Assembly (NCBI GenBank): GCA_951406725.2
Contig: OX597827.1
Coordinates: 66,030,001 to 66,094,000 of the forward strand
Reading direction: 5' to 3'
DNA length: 64,000 bases
DNA from: Octopus vulgaris
Lineage: Eukaryota
A model generated the notes under the pieces. The model ran no database searches and was not told the origin of the DNA. It saw nothing but the letters and a program-made list of their open reading frames with translations. Shown here in pieces: positions 1 to 13,827 of the stretch. Positions within the stretch are counted from its first letter, which is position 1. Each line of letters opens with the position of its first letter. Made by a program: the position numbers and the translations under genes.

Positions 1-712
1 TTCTTATATATATATACTAGCGAAAGAGGTAATATTAATAAAATAAAGCTACTTGTAAAATTGATGCTGTGTTAGAACTAGGACAGAAATCTCTTCTCGG
101 TTTTCGGTTCAATTAAGCACACGTAATTACATCTATAGAGGGAAGAGGAATTTACCGCCCTCACGTCGCCAAGACACCTGATCTCTGCTAGTGATATACA
201 TACTATTCCAGTTCCTAAACCTGTATCTGTCGCAGTTTTCTGTGTTCTAACACAACACCCATTTTTAAATGGGGATAAATATCACTTTTTAGCATTAATG
301 CAAATTCGGTCTCTCAAATAAATTTTAAAATAAACCCACTGGCTATATATTTTAGGCACTGCTATTCCATGTATATCGCTAGCAAATATATAGCTGCTAA
401 GTTCAGCTTTCGAGTGTCGACCATTAACAAGGTTAGAGAAGTTCGAAATCCTGTGATCTAGTTGTCTTGACTATGGTAATGTCGGGTAATTTGTTTACCC
501 GTGAATGATGCAAGCAAGAGTTTTCAAACTTTTGAAGTCATGATATTTCCACTGCATCTCTTTCCCTTTTCACAATTGCTGAAGTAGACATTAAATTGTT
601 GTCCCAGGGAATATCATTACTTCCGATGCTGTCCAAGTCTTGCTTAACTACCTGTACCTCTTTCAAAATTTTTGAAATATTTTCCTCGGTGATAATTTTC
701 ATTAATATTCCT

Positions 713-870
713 TCCTACTATAGGCACAAGACCTGAAATTTGGGAGGAGGGAACTAGTCGATTACATCGACGCTAGTGTTTCACTGGTACTTTATATATC
801 GACTCTGAAAGAATGAATGGAAAAGTCGATCTCGGCGGAATTTGAACTCCGAACGTAAAGGCGGACAAAA
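713..870 (-). mobile_element. SINE fragment, family with GTCGAC..GCCTTTCATCCTTTCGGGGTCGAT central domain
   Basis: Diverged copy of the repeat also seen at 7655-7890, 9236-10015, 42585-42798 and 52813-53430. Confidence 0.75.
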
Positions 871-1019
871 ATGTATCCTCTTACTTGTTTCAGTCATTTG
901 ACTGGCCATTCTGGAGTACCGCTTTTTATATATTATATTTAAAATATCTCACTCTAACCTCTCTCTATTTCACAGACACACACACACAGCCACACACACA
1001 CAGATATATATATATAGCA

Positions 1020-1060
<41 letters not shown>

Positions 1061-1067
<7 letters not shown>

Positions 1068-1573
1068 ATTTATAAGAGAGTTACCACTATGTGGTTAGCT
1101 CTAGTGTTAAAAATAGCTCCGATTACTGGTATAGCCACAGAAAGTTGCTTCCAAGAAGAAATAACATTACATTTAACGGAAGGAAAGTGAAATATAACGA
1201 AAAATAGATTAACCATGAACAATTGTTTCATTATTAAGTAATATGTAATTTTACTTACATAGACATCTATAAATCATCGGCAGAGCTTTGTCTTAAATAC
1301 AATTTATTAGACCCTCACGAGCGTCAAATACACGTGCGGTTTAATCGATTGCATTTGTAGTTTTGCCTCAAATTCCCCGCCAAAAGCATTCTAAGACTCA
1401 CTGGAAACGAATACTGCATAAAATATTTGCTGCAGTATAATTAATTTTATAAATTTATAAATGAGGGTGAAAAAATTTGATATAAATTAATAATACCATC
1501 AGTTTAACACCAAGTGGCTTAGCACATAAAACCAGAGATAATACAAATTTATACATAAATTATAAGAGAGTTA
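1061..1573 (-). mobile_element. Terminally redundant ~490-bp non-coding element between (TA)n tracts, carrying a hammerhead-like motif
   Basis: ATACATAAWTTATAAGAGAGTTA occurs at 1061 and 1551 (period 490); (TA)n on both flanks. Confidence 0.5.
1213..1285 (-). ncRNA. Type I hammerhead ribozyme-like motif (CCGATGA core variant)
   Basis: Minus strand reads ctctg-CCGATGA-(long AT-rich stem II with TAAGTAA/TTACTTA)-GAAAC-AATT-GTT-catgg. Stem III (ACAATTGT) is palindromic; stem I is weak. Confidence 0.45.
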
Positions 1574-1579
1574 TATATA

Positions 1580-1639
<60 letters not shown>

Positions 1640-1907
1640 TCTATGTATTTATCTATCAATTGTTATATTTTTGGAAAAAGGACTATCCTATTATAGCAAT
1701 ATTTGTTTTAAGATACATGGTGTGAAGCAAATATATAATAATGGTTGTGTGTGTGCATATATACATACATGCATACATTCATATATATATATATATATAA
1801 AAATATATATATATACATATATATATATACATAAATATATATATATATATGCATATAAATATGTATGTATGTATGTATGTGTATATATATATGTATATAT
1901 ATATATA

Positions 1908-1966
<59 letters not shown>

Positions 1967-3008
1967 GGTGTACATACATACGCACATACATATAATGTTA
2001 TACTGTAGACCACTTTTCCAAACCAGCATCATTTTAAAGATATATATGTAGCGGTCTCTAAGAACTTTATCTACAACATCCCGATTACACCGAAGAAATA
2101 TTACTGTGAAACCTCATCAGATAAGAAAAATCATTATCAAATGAATAGAATTTCCCCTTAACTCTGGTATTAATGACCCCTGTATCACTTCACGTACTAT
2201 CACGATACCGTTTCTTAATACAAATTAAGAACATTAAGCTATTTTAGTCTAACATATTGCATACTATCTACGTCAATAAATTGGTATTCTGTAAGTACAG
2301 AAATATATTCCACTTCAGAATATAATATGATATCCAGTTCATTTAGAAATAACGGGAAATTGTTTTCTCAGATAAAAACCAAATATCTTGATGAAATTGA
2401 TTAACCATATAGAACAAACAACTCGTCAAAGTTATTAGTCGATGATATAAAAAATAATCTTAGATATTTATAACAGCATAAACAATAAGAGAATAAATGT
2501 ACCAGGCACTCTTAAACTGGATAAATTATTTGAATATTTATTTAACCGTGAATCGTTTATCGTACGCAAATATCATAAGAGAATTTTGCCTCTAACTACA
2601 ACTGCAAATTAATCTCTCATATAAACACGTGGCCGGATTAATCAGAAAAACCATTTAAATAATATTAACTGTAAACTTCATATGCGAAGGAAAATAATCT
2701 GAAGCGATGGAACGGGATAATTAACTGAGTTAAATATATCAACATTAGCGACTTCCAGTTTCCTGAATTCAGAAGTTGCTTATTTCACTGTCCAACTCAA
2801 TATTGTTACCGGCTAGCCTTCTACAACTTGTTATGTATTCGAGTATCACTATAGTTAACAATGATATAGATGTCACTATTCATGCCACGCTAATTATTTT
2901 TCAGAAAGACTACTTCTGGGTTATACTCTAGCACAAATATTTGTCTCACGTTAGCAAATTTTCATTATCAACTCAGGGGAAAATCACCGCCAACGTAGAT
3001 TAGTTCTA

Positions 3009-3244
3009 ATTTATTTAGTCATGTTGATCCGGAAATCCCCTCCCCACCCCCTCGCAAAATTATATTTCTTTATAATCTTAATCTATGGCGTTTGAAAGAT
3101 ATTTTATAACCTTTCATGAAAACACCCATTTTCATCAAACTTATGTGGGGAAAAATTCGTATTACAATTATAAAGAAATACGTGCGGAAAATATTTTGTG
3201 AGGCGGTGGGGAGTGGAGTTCCGGATCAGGAAGACCAAATAAAT
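3009..3244. mobile_element. MITE-like element with ~55-bp imperfect inverted repeats
   Basis: 3009-3060 ATTTATTTAGTCATGTTGATCCGGAAATCCCCTCCCCACC.. is the reverse complement (with mismatches) of 3190-3244 ..GGTGGGGAGTGGAGTTCCGGATCAGGAAGACCAAATAAAT. Confidence 0.55.
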
Positions 3245-3413
3245 CCCTACATATTCTGAAACCCCAATATCTGTGTGGTATTTTTAGAAAATTTTGTTGA
3301 AAATTATTAATTTTTCTAGCTGTTATAAAGCAACGAAGTCGGGACGTTTACATCTGTATTCATGTACTTTTATTTAAACGATTTTTTCATTTCACATTTA
3401 TTCCAGTCGTTGT

Positions 3414-4477
3414 TTGTACAAGATGTTTGAAATCCTTAAGCTCTATGGGATACCAGACAAAATCATTTCTGCCATCAAGGTCCTCTACACAGATACGTCT
3501 TCAACCATCTTAACCCCTGACGGAGAAACATCATCTTTCTCAATCAAAGCCGGAATACTGCAGGGAGACACACTCGCCCCATTTCTTTTCATCATTGTTA
3601 TTGATTATGTGCTACGTATGTCAGTTGATACCATCTCTGGCAAGATCTTTGAAATAAAACCAAGAAGAAGTTCCAGACACCCAGCTGAGTACTTGACAGA
3701 CACTGACTTTGCTGACGACATCGCTCTTATCAGTGATTCTCTCTCCAATGCCCAGTCTATTTTACAATCTCTTGAACAAGCCTCAAATTGTGTAGGTCTT
3801 TACCTCAATGAGGCCAAAACTGAATACATAAACAAGTGCCTGTCCAACAGTGATTGCATAATCCATACTCTCAACAATGCGCCCTTAAATATGGTTTCTG
3901 ATTATAAATATCTTGGGTCATACATATCATCATCTGGAAAAGACTTTCTAACTAGAAAGGGTATGGCCTGGTCAGCCTGTAATGACATGCATAAGATCTG
4001 GTCATCAAATCTAAGTAGAGACTTCAAACTTGAAATCTTCAAAGCCACAGTCGAACCAGTTCTACTATATGGCTCAGAAACCTGGACGTTATCAAAGAAG
4101 CTTGAGAGGCGGTTGGATGGAACCTACACTCGCCTCCTTATGAGAGCTCAAAATCTCTCGTGGAAGCGCCATCCAACCAAAATGCAAATGTATGGGAAAC
4201 TACCACCTGTGTCATCTCTTGTGAAAGGTAGGAGAGTCCAGTTTGCTGGACATTGTTGTAGAGCTGAAAAAGAAGTAATTTCTACTCTTCTCCTCTGGAA
4301 GCCATCTGCTCGCAATACCAGAGGGCGCACACTCTCCTACCCTGATGTAATCTCCAAGGATACAGGCATCCAGCAACAGGACCTCCGTAATGCCATGATG
4401 GACCGTGAAGTCTGGCGTAGCATGGTAAATTCCATTGTCTCGACCACGGTCGAACAATGATGATGATGATGATGATG
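3414..4477 (+). mobile_element. 5'-truncated RTE-clade LINE; C-terminal part of reverse transcriptase with (TGA)n tail
   Basis: Uninterrupted 348-codon frame with GILQGDTLAPFLF, DFADDIAL, YKYLGS and LLYGSETW; the stop is followed directly by (TGA)n. Confidence 0.92.
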
Positions 4478-5370
4478 CAATGTTCTCTCTCCCCAGTCAC
4501 TCTCTCCCTCCCTCTGTCACACACACACTGTAAAGCTTACAGATGGGCTGGTGAATTGAAATCTGTATATGTTTCTTTGAGAGAAGGTAAAACTTGACAA
4601 AAGCTCTCCCCTCCGTAGTTGGACTATCTTGATATTTGTTTAAGAGATGGTGCTTATGATTATGATAAGATAATCGTAGTAATATTTGCTAAGCAGATGA
4701 GGACTCTTATGCAAAGAAACAATTGGATGTAAAATATCATCAAAATTATTAGCATTGGGAATCAAATGTGAGAATAACATCAAATTGCAAGCAGAAAACC
4801 ACCCGGAAGGTGCTCTTTCTGCTACTTTAAAATAATTTAGGTAAAATACGTGGAGAAACAGCACATGACCATTTAAACAAGGCCCCGACACCGGAGCAAT
4901 TATATATAAGTAGAAGTTCACTACTATTAAAATATCATTTTATAGTATTATAATATGACTTCTAGAATGTACAACAGCAAGTTGCAATCTCATTTTAATT
5001 TTCCTAGTCGGTGGTAAATTTTGTCACCATTTCTTATCTAATAAATGAGGCAGTTAAGCATTCTGAGGTTGTTATAAAATTTGCTGTTACGGAGAGCTGA
5101 AAGTAACTAAAAGTAACATAATATAATCAATATTTTATTGCTGAATTTGTTTCGAGATACGATTGCTCTCATTCTGTATATCAGAAATCGAGAGAGTTGA
5201 TGGAGAGGGAGAAGAAGAATGAGCGGGAGAGTGAAGAGTGAGTGATCGGTAAAGGGGAGGGAGTGTAAGACAAGGCTAGCCGCGTACGTATCTGTATTTT
5301 GATGCATGCAATTGAAGAAAATTTACAACAGGAAGGTATACAAATTCACGCATGCAAGAATTTTGGTCGT

Positions 5371-5401
<31 letters not shown>

Positions 5402-5744
5402 CTCACATAAACACACACAAACTCACGAACGCACACGCAAACACATACACAAAGAGGCGCATATATATAAAGTGAGTAATATTCCAGGCGAAGTGCTTCA
5501 TAAAATCTCTGTACAGTGGAATACAACTGGCAAAAAATTATTTGTCCTGTCACAGATGTGTGGATTCTGACAATCAGAACTTAAACTGTCACCATCCCAA
5601 TTATTTATCAGTACTATAGCCACCAAAATGCAATTTGTATGTAGTTACAGAATAACAGTGGAAATGCAGATGATGCACTTCTTAACATAAATGTATAAAA
5701 ATCCCTTATCTATGAGCATTTTGTCTGTTTTTCTCTCTACCTTG

Positions 5745-5814
<70 letters not shown>

Positions 5815-6898
5815 TTTGTTTTTCTTGGCATCCTTTTGTCTCGGGAGGCAAGGGAGTAGCACATAAACTAATCCAGTCTGTTTTTTAAACTTCATGTCCT
5901 CTCCAGTTTTGCGCAGGGCTGGACTAGATGTAAGAAAATCCTGGATAGCCCAGGCGTCGGGATTCCTCTCTTGACCTTGCTGACGTAATCCAAAGGAGCG
6001 CAGAGCATTACGTTTGGCACCAACATGGTTGCAGGAGCCTCCGGAAGAGTGTCGAGTCGAACACTAAGCCGCCTAAGGAGCTACACATCCCTTCGACTAC
6101 GATAAAACAATACTATGAATCAAGGAGGAGACTCCATTCATAGGTATTTAATTAATTATGTTTCATTAATATGTTTGAAATACTCATGCAGCGCGATATG
6201 ATAATAAAATTGAAGCTAGTATATGGTGGTAGAATGAATTTATCACCAGATAAATTTTGAGATTTTACGCAAAATAAGATATGGGGAAGTAAAAATAGAC
6301 AGGAAATGACAGAATGGAATCGGCACTGAGATATCTATATATATTTCGAAGGAAACTTGAACGTAGTATATAGAAGATCCACACTCGCAAAACTTATTGT
6401 CAAACATATTTTTTCGTAACTAGTTAAGATTACTTCAACAATTTTCCCTCAATAAAAATGTAGAAATGTTTATCGTAACTTATACATACAGGTATATATA
6501 TATATATAAACACGTAGAGACATGCATGAATATATATATATATATGTGTGTGTATATATATGTTTGCACACATACAACCTCAGACGCACTCCCATATACG
6601 CATTCCATATCCGCTTCTCTGAGGTTCTTAAAATGATGGATCGGTTTGATTTTCCGTTCATATTATGAGAAAATATTAACAGGTTAAAATATCACATTCG
6701 CATCAGTCACGTTGTGGTTTGTACGAAAAGTGAATGAATTTTAATATGACGGGGAGCCAAATACTCCGACAACTGGATACATGACAGCGAGTGAAAAAGA
6801 AAAGCAAGGCAGAATATCAAGAAAAGAAGACGACTGGAATATTATATTACGTTATGCAGATCAGTCCAAAAGAAATTTGTAGTCTTCATGCAAATAAA

Positions 6899-6952
<54 letters not shown>

Positions 6953-7086
6953 ATGTATGTATATATGTTTATATTAATGTGTGTCCGACGCGCCTTCGTC
7001 AATAAATTTATGTTATGTGAAAATAAAGTTAGAAATGTGTCTAGAAAACATCTATAAACACGCATACACACACACACATATACATA

Positions 7087-7144
<58 letters not shown>

Positions 7145-7605
7145 CATATATACAAGCACATACATACGTGCATGGACTCACACATGCACACATATATAGG
7201 AATATATATAGCATACACGAAGAAGCAGAGACACACATTTATAAACACACACACACACTCACATAGAGAGACAGTTACTTATAACAATGAATGGCGTGGA
7301 ACTTACATTTCGACGTATACCAATTTAGGTAACCGTTCCAGAATACGGAAAACGCTATTGCCGGTACAGCATAAAACTTTACAATATATACTAATAATTA
7401 TTTTAGAATTAAGAATCTTTACTAATTGATAATGAAGCAATTTGAAAAGCGATAATACTGAATAGGATTCTAGGTAGCAACACATTTAATTATATTTTTA
7501 ATCTTATACCAGTTTTTTTTACGTTAATTTGATTTTTATATGAGAGTGTTTCTGTGTTTGTGTGTCTGTATGTGCGCGCGTACACATACACACACGCACA
7601 CGTAC

Positions 7606-7654
<49 letters not shown>

Positions 7655-7659
<5 letters not shown>

Positions 7660-7886
7660 CTTTATTACCCACAAGGGGCTAAACATAGAGGGGACAAACA
7701 AGGACAGGCAAACGGATTAAGTCGATTACATCGACCCCAGTGCGTAACTGGTACTTAATTTATCGACCCCGAAAGGATGAATGGCAAAGTCGACATCGGG
7801 GTAATTTGAAATCAGAACGTAACGGCAGATGAAATACCGCTAAGCATCTCGCACGATGTGCTAGCGTTTCTTGCAGCTCACCGCCT

Positions 7887-7890
<4 letters not shown>
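7655..7890 (-). mobile_element. Near full-length tRNA-derived SINE (GTCGAC/CATCCTTTCGGGGTCGAT family)
   Basis: Reverse complement of the 52813-53046 copy, with B-box-like GATTTCAAAT/GAGTTCAAAT. Confidence 0.85.
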
Positions 7891-7948
<58 letters not shown>

Positions 7949-7986
7949 CTGTCTGTCGAACGGGGAGGTGAAACTCCGAGTAACAT
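7949..7986 (+). ncRNA. Degenerate type I hammerhead in a ~145-bp (TA)n-embedded element (7947-8090)
   Basis: ctgt-CTGTCGA-ACGGGGAGGT-GAAA-CTCCGAG-TA-acat. Homologous to 61518-61555, and the downstream TAATAAAGCATATT..CTACC..TG.TATT.GAGTACT is shared. Confidence 0.5.
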
Positions 7987-8088
7987 GTTTTGTTGAATTT
8001 CTGCTGCTTTTAAATAAAGCATATTCTTCTACCCCTGGTATTTGAGTACTCTTTTTTGCACCTTGTTTCACATTTATATGCTTACTCC

Positions 8089-8159
<71 letters not shown>

Positions 8160-8448
8160 AGATAATGATAGCCGCTCGTTGTTTGAAAAGTATAGTTCTA
8201 AAGATTCTGGTTGAACAAGCTGCATGAATACTTGGTTTATAGTGATCATGTGTCCGTGCTGTACGATACATTCTCTCCATCACCTCGAATGTAACTCAAC
8301 AGGTGCGGAGACTGAAGTGAAATGAACCTTTGTGCTCGGGAACACCAGGAAATACACGATCTACGAATTGGAAGCAGGATCACGTGAAAGTGAGTGCAAT
8401 ACCTTAAACACTAGGCCATGCACCCGGACTACATAATATGTCTGCATG

Positions 8449-8483
<35 letters not shown>

Positions 8484-8487
8484 GTAC

Positions 8488-8576
8488 TAGAAGACACTTG
8501 CCCAAAGTGCCACGCAGTGGGACTGAACCCGGAACCATGTGGTTGGTAAGCAAGTTACTTACCACTCAGCCACTCC

Positions 8577-8580
<4 letters not shown>
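8488..8580 (-). mobile_element. tRNA-derived CORE-SINE head (OK-like family)
   Basis: Reverse complement GGAGTGGCTGAGTGGTAAG..GGGTTCAGTCCC..GCACTTTGGGCAAGTGTCTTCT: A box, B box and a CORE-like motif. Confidence 0.8.
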
Positions 8581-8651
<71 letters not shown>

Positions 8652-9235
8652 GTATATATATATTTATATATATACATATATGTGTGTGTGTGTGTGTATG
8701 TATTTATATTTACATATGTACATGTGTTCCTGTACATACTAGTATGCGTTTCCCTGTGTTTATGTGTGTATATATGGAAACAAAATTGAAGGAAGAAGAA
8801 AGACGCATTATGATGATAACGATGCCTTAACAATTAAAGCATCAAAGAATTGAAGGCACTGATTTGCATGACCACAGACATCACTAACGTTCTGTTATGA
8901 AAAAGAAAATCCATTAACAACGATGCAAAATTAATAAACACAACAGAAGCAAATAGTTACGAAAGTTTTTGATGATAAATGCTGTCCTCATTACGATTAT
9001 CTTAATACCACTTTCGTACCACTAATGGCCACAAAAATTACAGACTGATTTTCCATATGGAAATTACTGTTGTGCATATCAAATCAACACGAAAGACATT
9101 TAATTTAATGCAAAGAATAACACATCAACCAAACGAAAACTTCAGAAATATCTGTCTGTATGAAATTAGAAACAATATGTTGAAAAGATGTCATTTTTCG
9201 TTCGGACGGAATTGCCAGAAAAGAATACATGATAT

Positions 9236-10015
9236 TGTTTTCTACTCAAAGCACAAGGCCCGAAATTTTGGGAGAGGTGGGGTACCATCGATGATATTGA
9301 CCCCACTAGGCTTCTGGTACTTAATTTATCGACCTCGAATTATGAAAGGCATGATCGACCTCGGCTGAGTTTTAACTCAGAACGTAAAGACAAACGAAAT
9401 ATTGTCAAGCATTTCGCCTGTTGTGCATATCAAATCAACACGAAATCAACACAATATTCTATTCTAGTGTAGGCAAAAGGCTCGAAGTTTTGGGGAAGTG
9501 GGCCATCGATGAGATTGACCCCACGACGCTTTTGTTATTAAATTTATAGACCACGTATGATGAAAGGCAAAGTCGACCTCGGCGGAATGTGAACTCAGAA
9601 CGGAAAGACAAACGAAATATCGGGGGGGGGGGGGGTTTAACCCACAAAGGCCTAAACATAGAGGAGACAAACAAGGACAGACAAACGGATTAAGTCGATT
9701 ATATCGAACCCAGTGCGTAACTGGTAATTAATTTATTGACCCCGAAAGAATGAAAAGCAAAGTCGACCTTGGCGCAATTTGAACTCAGAACGGAAAGACA
9801 AACGAAATATCTGTTTTTTATTACCCACAAAGGGCTAAACATTGAGGGGACAAACAAGGACAGACAAACGGATTAAGTCGATTATATCGAGTCCAGTGCG
9901 TAACTGGTAATTAATTTATTGACCCCGAAAGGATGTAAGGCAAAGTCGACCTCGGCGGATTTTGAACTCACAACGTAAAGACAAACGAAATACCGTTCAG
10001 CATTTCGCCCGTCGT
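9236..10015 (-). mobile_element. Head-to-tail array of four SINE units
   Basis: GAAAGGCAAAGTCGACCTCGGCGGAATTTGAACTCAGAACG-like segments recur near 9345, 9562, 9752 and 9936. Confidence 0.88.
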
Positions 10016-11774
10016 GAAAGTACAGAATATTGAAGAGGAACATAGACAGCGTTTGAATTGAAGCGTCCGCATTCTAAATTACTCAAACACTAATGCTACA
10101 ACCAGACTCAAAATTATGTATCATTCAGCCAAATATCTATTAACGGCCCATAGTGCATTAGCGCAAATATTCCACCGTACGCTGGAAGAGAATGGAAGAA
10201 TTATCACTGGGGTAACCAAAAGCCACCATATGAAAATTAAAGACGAGCTGTGCTTGTTCTACGTCACTCTCAATATTATGTTTGACATTTATGCATGGAT
10301 ATTGTAAATATTAATTGTTCTCCATCTAACCGTTTTTTCCCTCCAAATCAAAGCTTCACATAATTATTGAAACCCTAATTAAAATTACTCCCACTCAGAT
10401 CGTGCTCTTCTTCTAGATGTAATTTGAAAATTTCATCATAAGACTATTCCTTGGACGTATATTTCCTAGGTGCCATTAGAGAGAAATTTAATTATATACC
10501 TAGCAGATGAATCGACCATATAGAAGATACTTCGCTCGCTCGTACGTGGTTAGTAATATAACTGTAGCTCACTGGCATACACAAGTATGAACAATCAATT
10601 ACATACTTTCGAACACTAGCATACTATTATTTTGATAAAGTTTCTCCAGTAAAATGTATGCATAAAACATATATATAAACAATTGTTTCAGATATTAAAA
10701 AAAATCATACTTCGTTTAATAAATAAAAATTCTAAAAATTTTAATAAACGATTATTCAATTTCTAAAATTACAAAATTCATGCATTTTAAAAATAGAAAC
10801 AAATTATTGAAGGCGACAACGCGATCGCTACTAATAAAGGTCACACCCGAAATGAAAGGTTCAAATTTCTAAGATATTGTTATTTCTACAGTTAGTTACT
10901 GGAACGTTTTCTTCGAGATTTTGAAATATTTCAATTATAACGTAATGGAAGATCGCTGTTAGAAAAACGACCGACCTTTCAGTCTCTCATTCATATCTTC
11001 AATGTTCCAGTAGACACGGAGCCTCGGCTTCTCTGTCTATATCAACAAATCATTTCGATCGTGTAACCAGTCAGTAACAGAAAGCAAAGAATAGAGAGCC
11101 TGTTGTTGGAAAATATTTTGGTATATTGTTATGTAGCGATATCCATAATATTTAACGTCACCCTTTTAATTAATATTTCCAGAAAAAACATACATACATA
11201 CATACATATATGCGTATATGTATGTAATTATTCAGTTTTATTTCAAGATTTTTGCCAATACAGAAAGAGCCGGTTCTAACCTAGATCCAAGTCTCCTCTA
11301 TTACCATTTCAACAATATCAACAGGGTAATTTTCTACGTATATGTGCAAATTTTTATGATATGTTTTATGTACGTATTCTTATGCATGCAGTTGCTAATC
11401 TAGACATGCTCATATATAATGTACTTAAATGTTAAACTTCTTGAAAATTTTACAGATTTTTACAATTATGGTGATCGATTGGACCTGTACTCATCCGATC
11501 AGCTTTCTCCTTTCTGGTTTTACGAATCCTAATTTCTCACGATCGGTATTTAGGCAGTGTCTTACCTATCCCAGTGCTCAAAATAATTACAACTATAAGC
11601 ATGGACTTGTAATATGGATAGAGTGCACGTACATATATGTCACTTCTGTTAAATAGTAATAAAAATAAACATACACCTATATTTTGTGTACTGTTCCTCC
11701 TGTTTGCATCACCGAATCTATAATAAATACCACAATGCTTTCACTGGTATTTTCCCACTTAAATTATTATATGT

Positions 11775-12530
11775 TTAAGGTGGCGACTGGAAGAATCGTT
11801 TGCCCGCCGGCCAGTATTTCGTCCGTCTTTACGTTCTGTGTTAGAATACCACTGAGGTCGACTCTGCCTTTCTTCCTTTCATGCTCGATAACTTAAGCTC
11901 CAGTGGATTACTGTATCGGTGTAATCGACTGTACCCTACCCCAAACTTGCTGGTTGGCTTTGTGACAAAATTAGAAATACCTCTTAAGATGTTTAAACAT
12001 TAATGGTTTGAAATATCGGCACAAGATCAGCAATTTCAGGAGAGGGTTTCAGGCCGATTACATGGAGCTCTGTGCTCATTTGATGCCTATTTTAATAATG
12101 ATCGAGTTGGCGGAACTGTTAACACGCTGGCCAACATAATTTCCCCCGTCTCACGTCCGGCGTCCCATTTTTGAATTATTAGCGTTCGATGAAATAAGTT
12201 TCTGCGAAATACTAGTGGTCGATTTTTGTCGACTATACTCTCTTTCCAAATTTCAGGTCTTGTGCCTATAAAATAACGAATCATTATTAAAGAATTGTTA
12301 TTATTATTATCCTTGATAAAGCAACGAGCTGCCAGAAACGTTGGCACGTTTCGAGGCATTTCTTTCGGCTCTCCTTCCTGACCTCAGTTTCCGCTGGTGT
12401 CGACCTTGAATTCCAGCTATTCGAGGTCGATAAAGTAATTACCAGGGAAACAATTAGGTCGATGTAAATCCACTTGTCTCTCTCCCTCCCTTCAAACTTC
12501 TAGCCTTGTGCCAAAAATAAGAAAGAGTCC
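11775..12530. mobile_element. Cluster of old SINE copies of the same family, mixed orientation
   Basis: Diverged GAGGTCGACTCTGCCTTTC..CTTTC near 11855 and GTCGACCTT..TTCGAGGTCGATAAAGT near 12400; the GGCACAAG/CTTGTGCC tail occurs in both orientations. Confidence 0.65.
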
Positions 12531-12595
12531 ATTGTTAATACACAATAAAAAGAGGGCGATCTGCTTTGAATAAAGATTGTCTCTGTTTAATGAAT

Positions 12596-12948
12596 CACTA
12601 CCATTATTGTTATTCATTTTATTACAATCATCATCATCATAATCGTCATCGTCATCGTTATCTTCATGATCACCATCATCATCACGATCTTAAACATCAC
12701 CATCATCATCATTTTTATCATCATTATCGCCGTCATCATCATCATCATCGACGTTGTCAACACCACTACCATCGTCCTCCACCTTATCGTCATTATTATC
12801 ATCAACATCCTCATCCTCGTAATCGCCATATTCATCATCATCATCATCATCAACATCATCATCATCAACATCATTATCGCCTCCACCACCACCAAAATCA
12901 CCATCACCACCACAATCACAGCCACCACCATCGACGTCATCGTGGTCG

Positions 12949-12988
<40 letters not shown>

Positions 12989-13086
12989 TATCATCATCAT
13001 CATAACAGTCATCACCACCACCGCCACCACCGCCACCACCATCACCAACGCAATCACCTCCACCCCCATCGACGGCATCGTCGTCG

Positions 13087-13119
<33 letters not shown>

Positions 13120-13200
13120 CCGTCATTATCATCATCGTCATCATCATCTTTAACAACATCATAATCAGTCTATTTGTCATCATTCTATTTATTGTCATGC
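12596..13200. repeat. Long degenerate (CAT)/(CAC)/(CGT) trinucleotide tract
   Basis: Direct inspection; it produces the poly-H, poly-I and poly-M pseudo-ORFs. Confidence 0.9.
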
Positions 13201-13689
13201 ATGAATGATACTTCGGTATCCGAATTCCCATATCTCACTTTACTAGCATCAATAGTGCTAATTCACCTGTGGCACCCCTGGAAATCGTCATAGGCTACTA
13301 TGGCGAAAATCAATTTAATACCACATCTTCAATATGAATAAAGAATCTCATTGGCTGTAATTTAGTGCGCAGATTAAACAGAAACCCCAGAAAAGCAATT
13401 AAATTTAACTTTGAATTCTCATTCCGCTCATAACTATTTTAAAACGCTTTATCATCATTATCAGCAGCATCATCATCATGATCATCATCGTCATCGTCAT
13501 CGTCGTCGTCGTCGTCGTCGTCATCATCATCATCATCATTCTCATTATGATTAGCATATTATTATTGTCATTACGTGATGGTTTGATGGAAAGTGTCAGC
13601 TGTCCAGAGCCAGCAGACTGAGGTGGCACTTGTTTACTGGACATGCTTCAAGTATCATGCGAAGAATTCTTGCAGTTCCAAGCAATACT

Positions 13690-13731
<42 letters not shown>

Positions 13732-13753
13732 TTATTATTATTATCATTATTAC

Positions 13754-13825
<72 letters not shown>

Positions 13826-13827
<2 letters not shown>

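Noticed and set aside
5890-6085. GC-richer segment resembling an RTE 5' UTR or HDV-like ribozyme region
   Set aside because: Could not build the nested double pseudoknot by eye; no adjacent ORF.
9067-9445. 28-bp direct repeat CTGTTGTGCATATCAAATCAACACGAAA at 9067 and 9418
   Set aside because: Most simply a local duplication or repair scar beside SINE insertions; no further structure.
9457-10015. Regularly repeated units superficially like a CRISPR array
   Set aside because: Units are ~180-200-bp SINE copies without unique spacers; eukaryotic context and no cas genes.
11220-11690. Repeat-like ~470-bp segment after a (CATA)n tract, possibly another circular unit
   Set aside because: No convincing terminal redundancy or hammerhead core within this window.
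12566-13231. His-rich, Ile-rich and Met-rich ORFs of about 200 aa
   Set aside because: Open in several frames and strands simply because the tract is degenerate (CAT)n; no splice or homology support.
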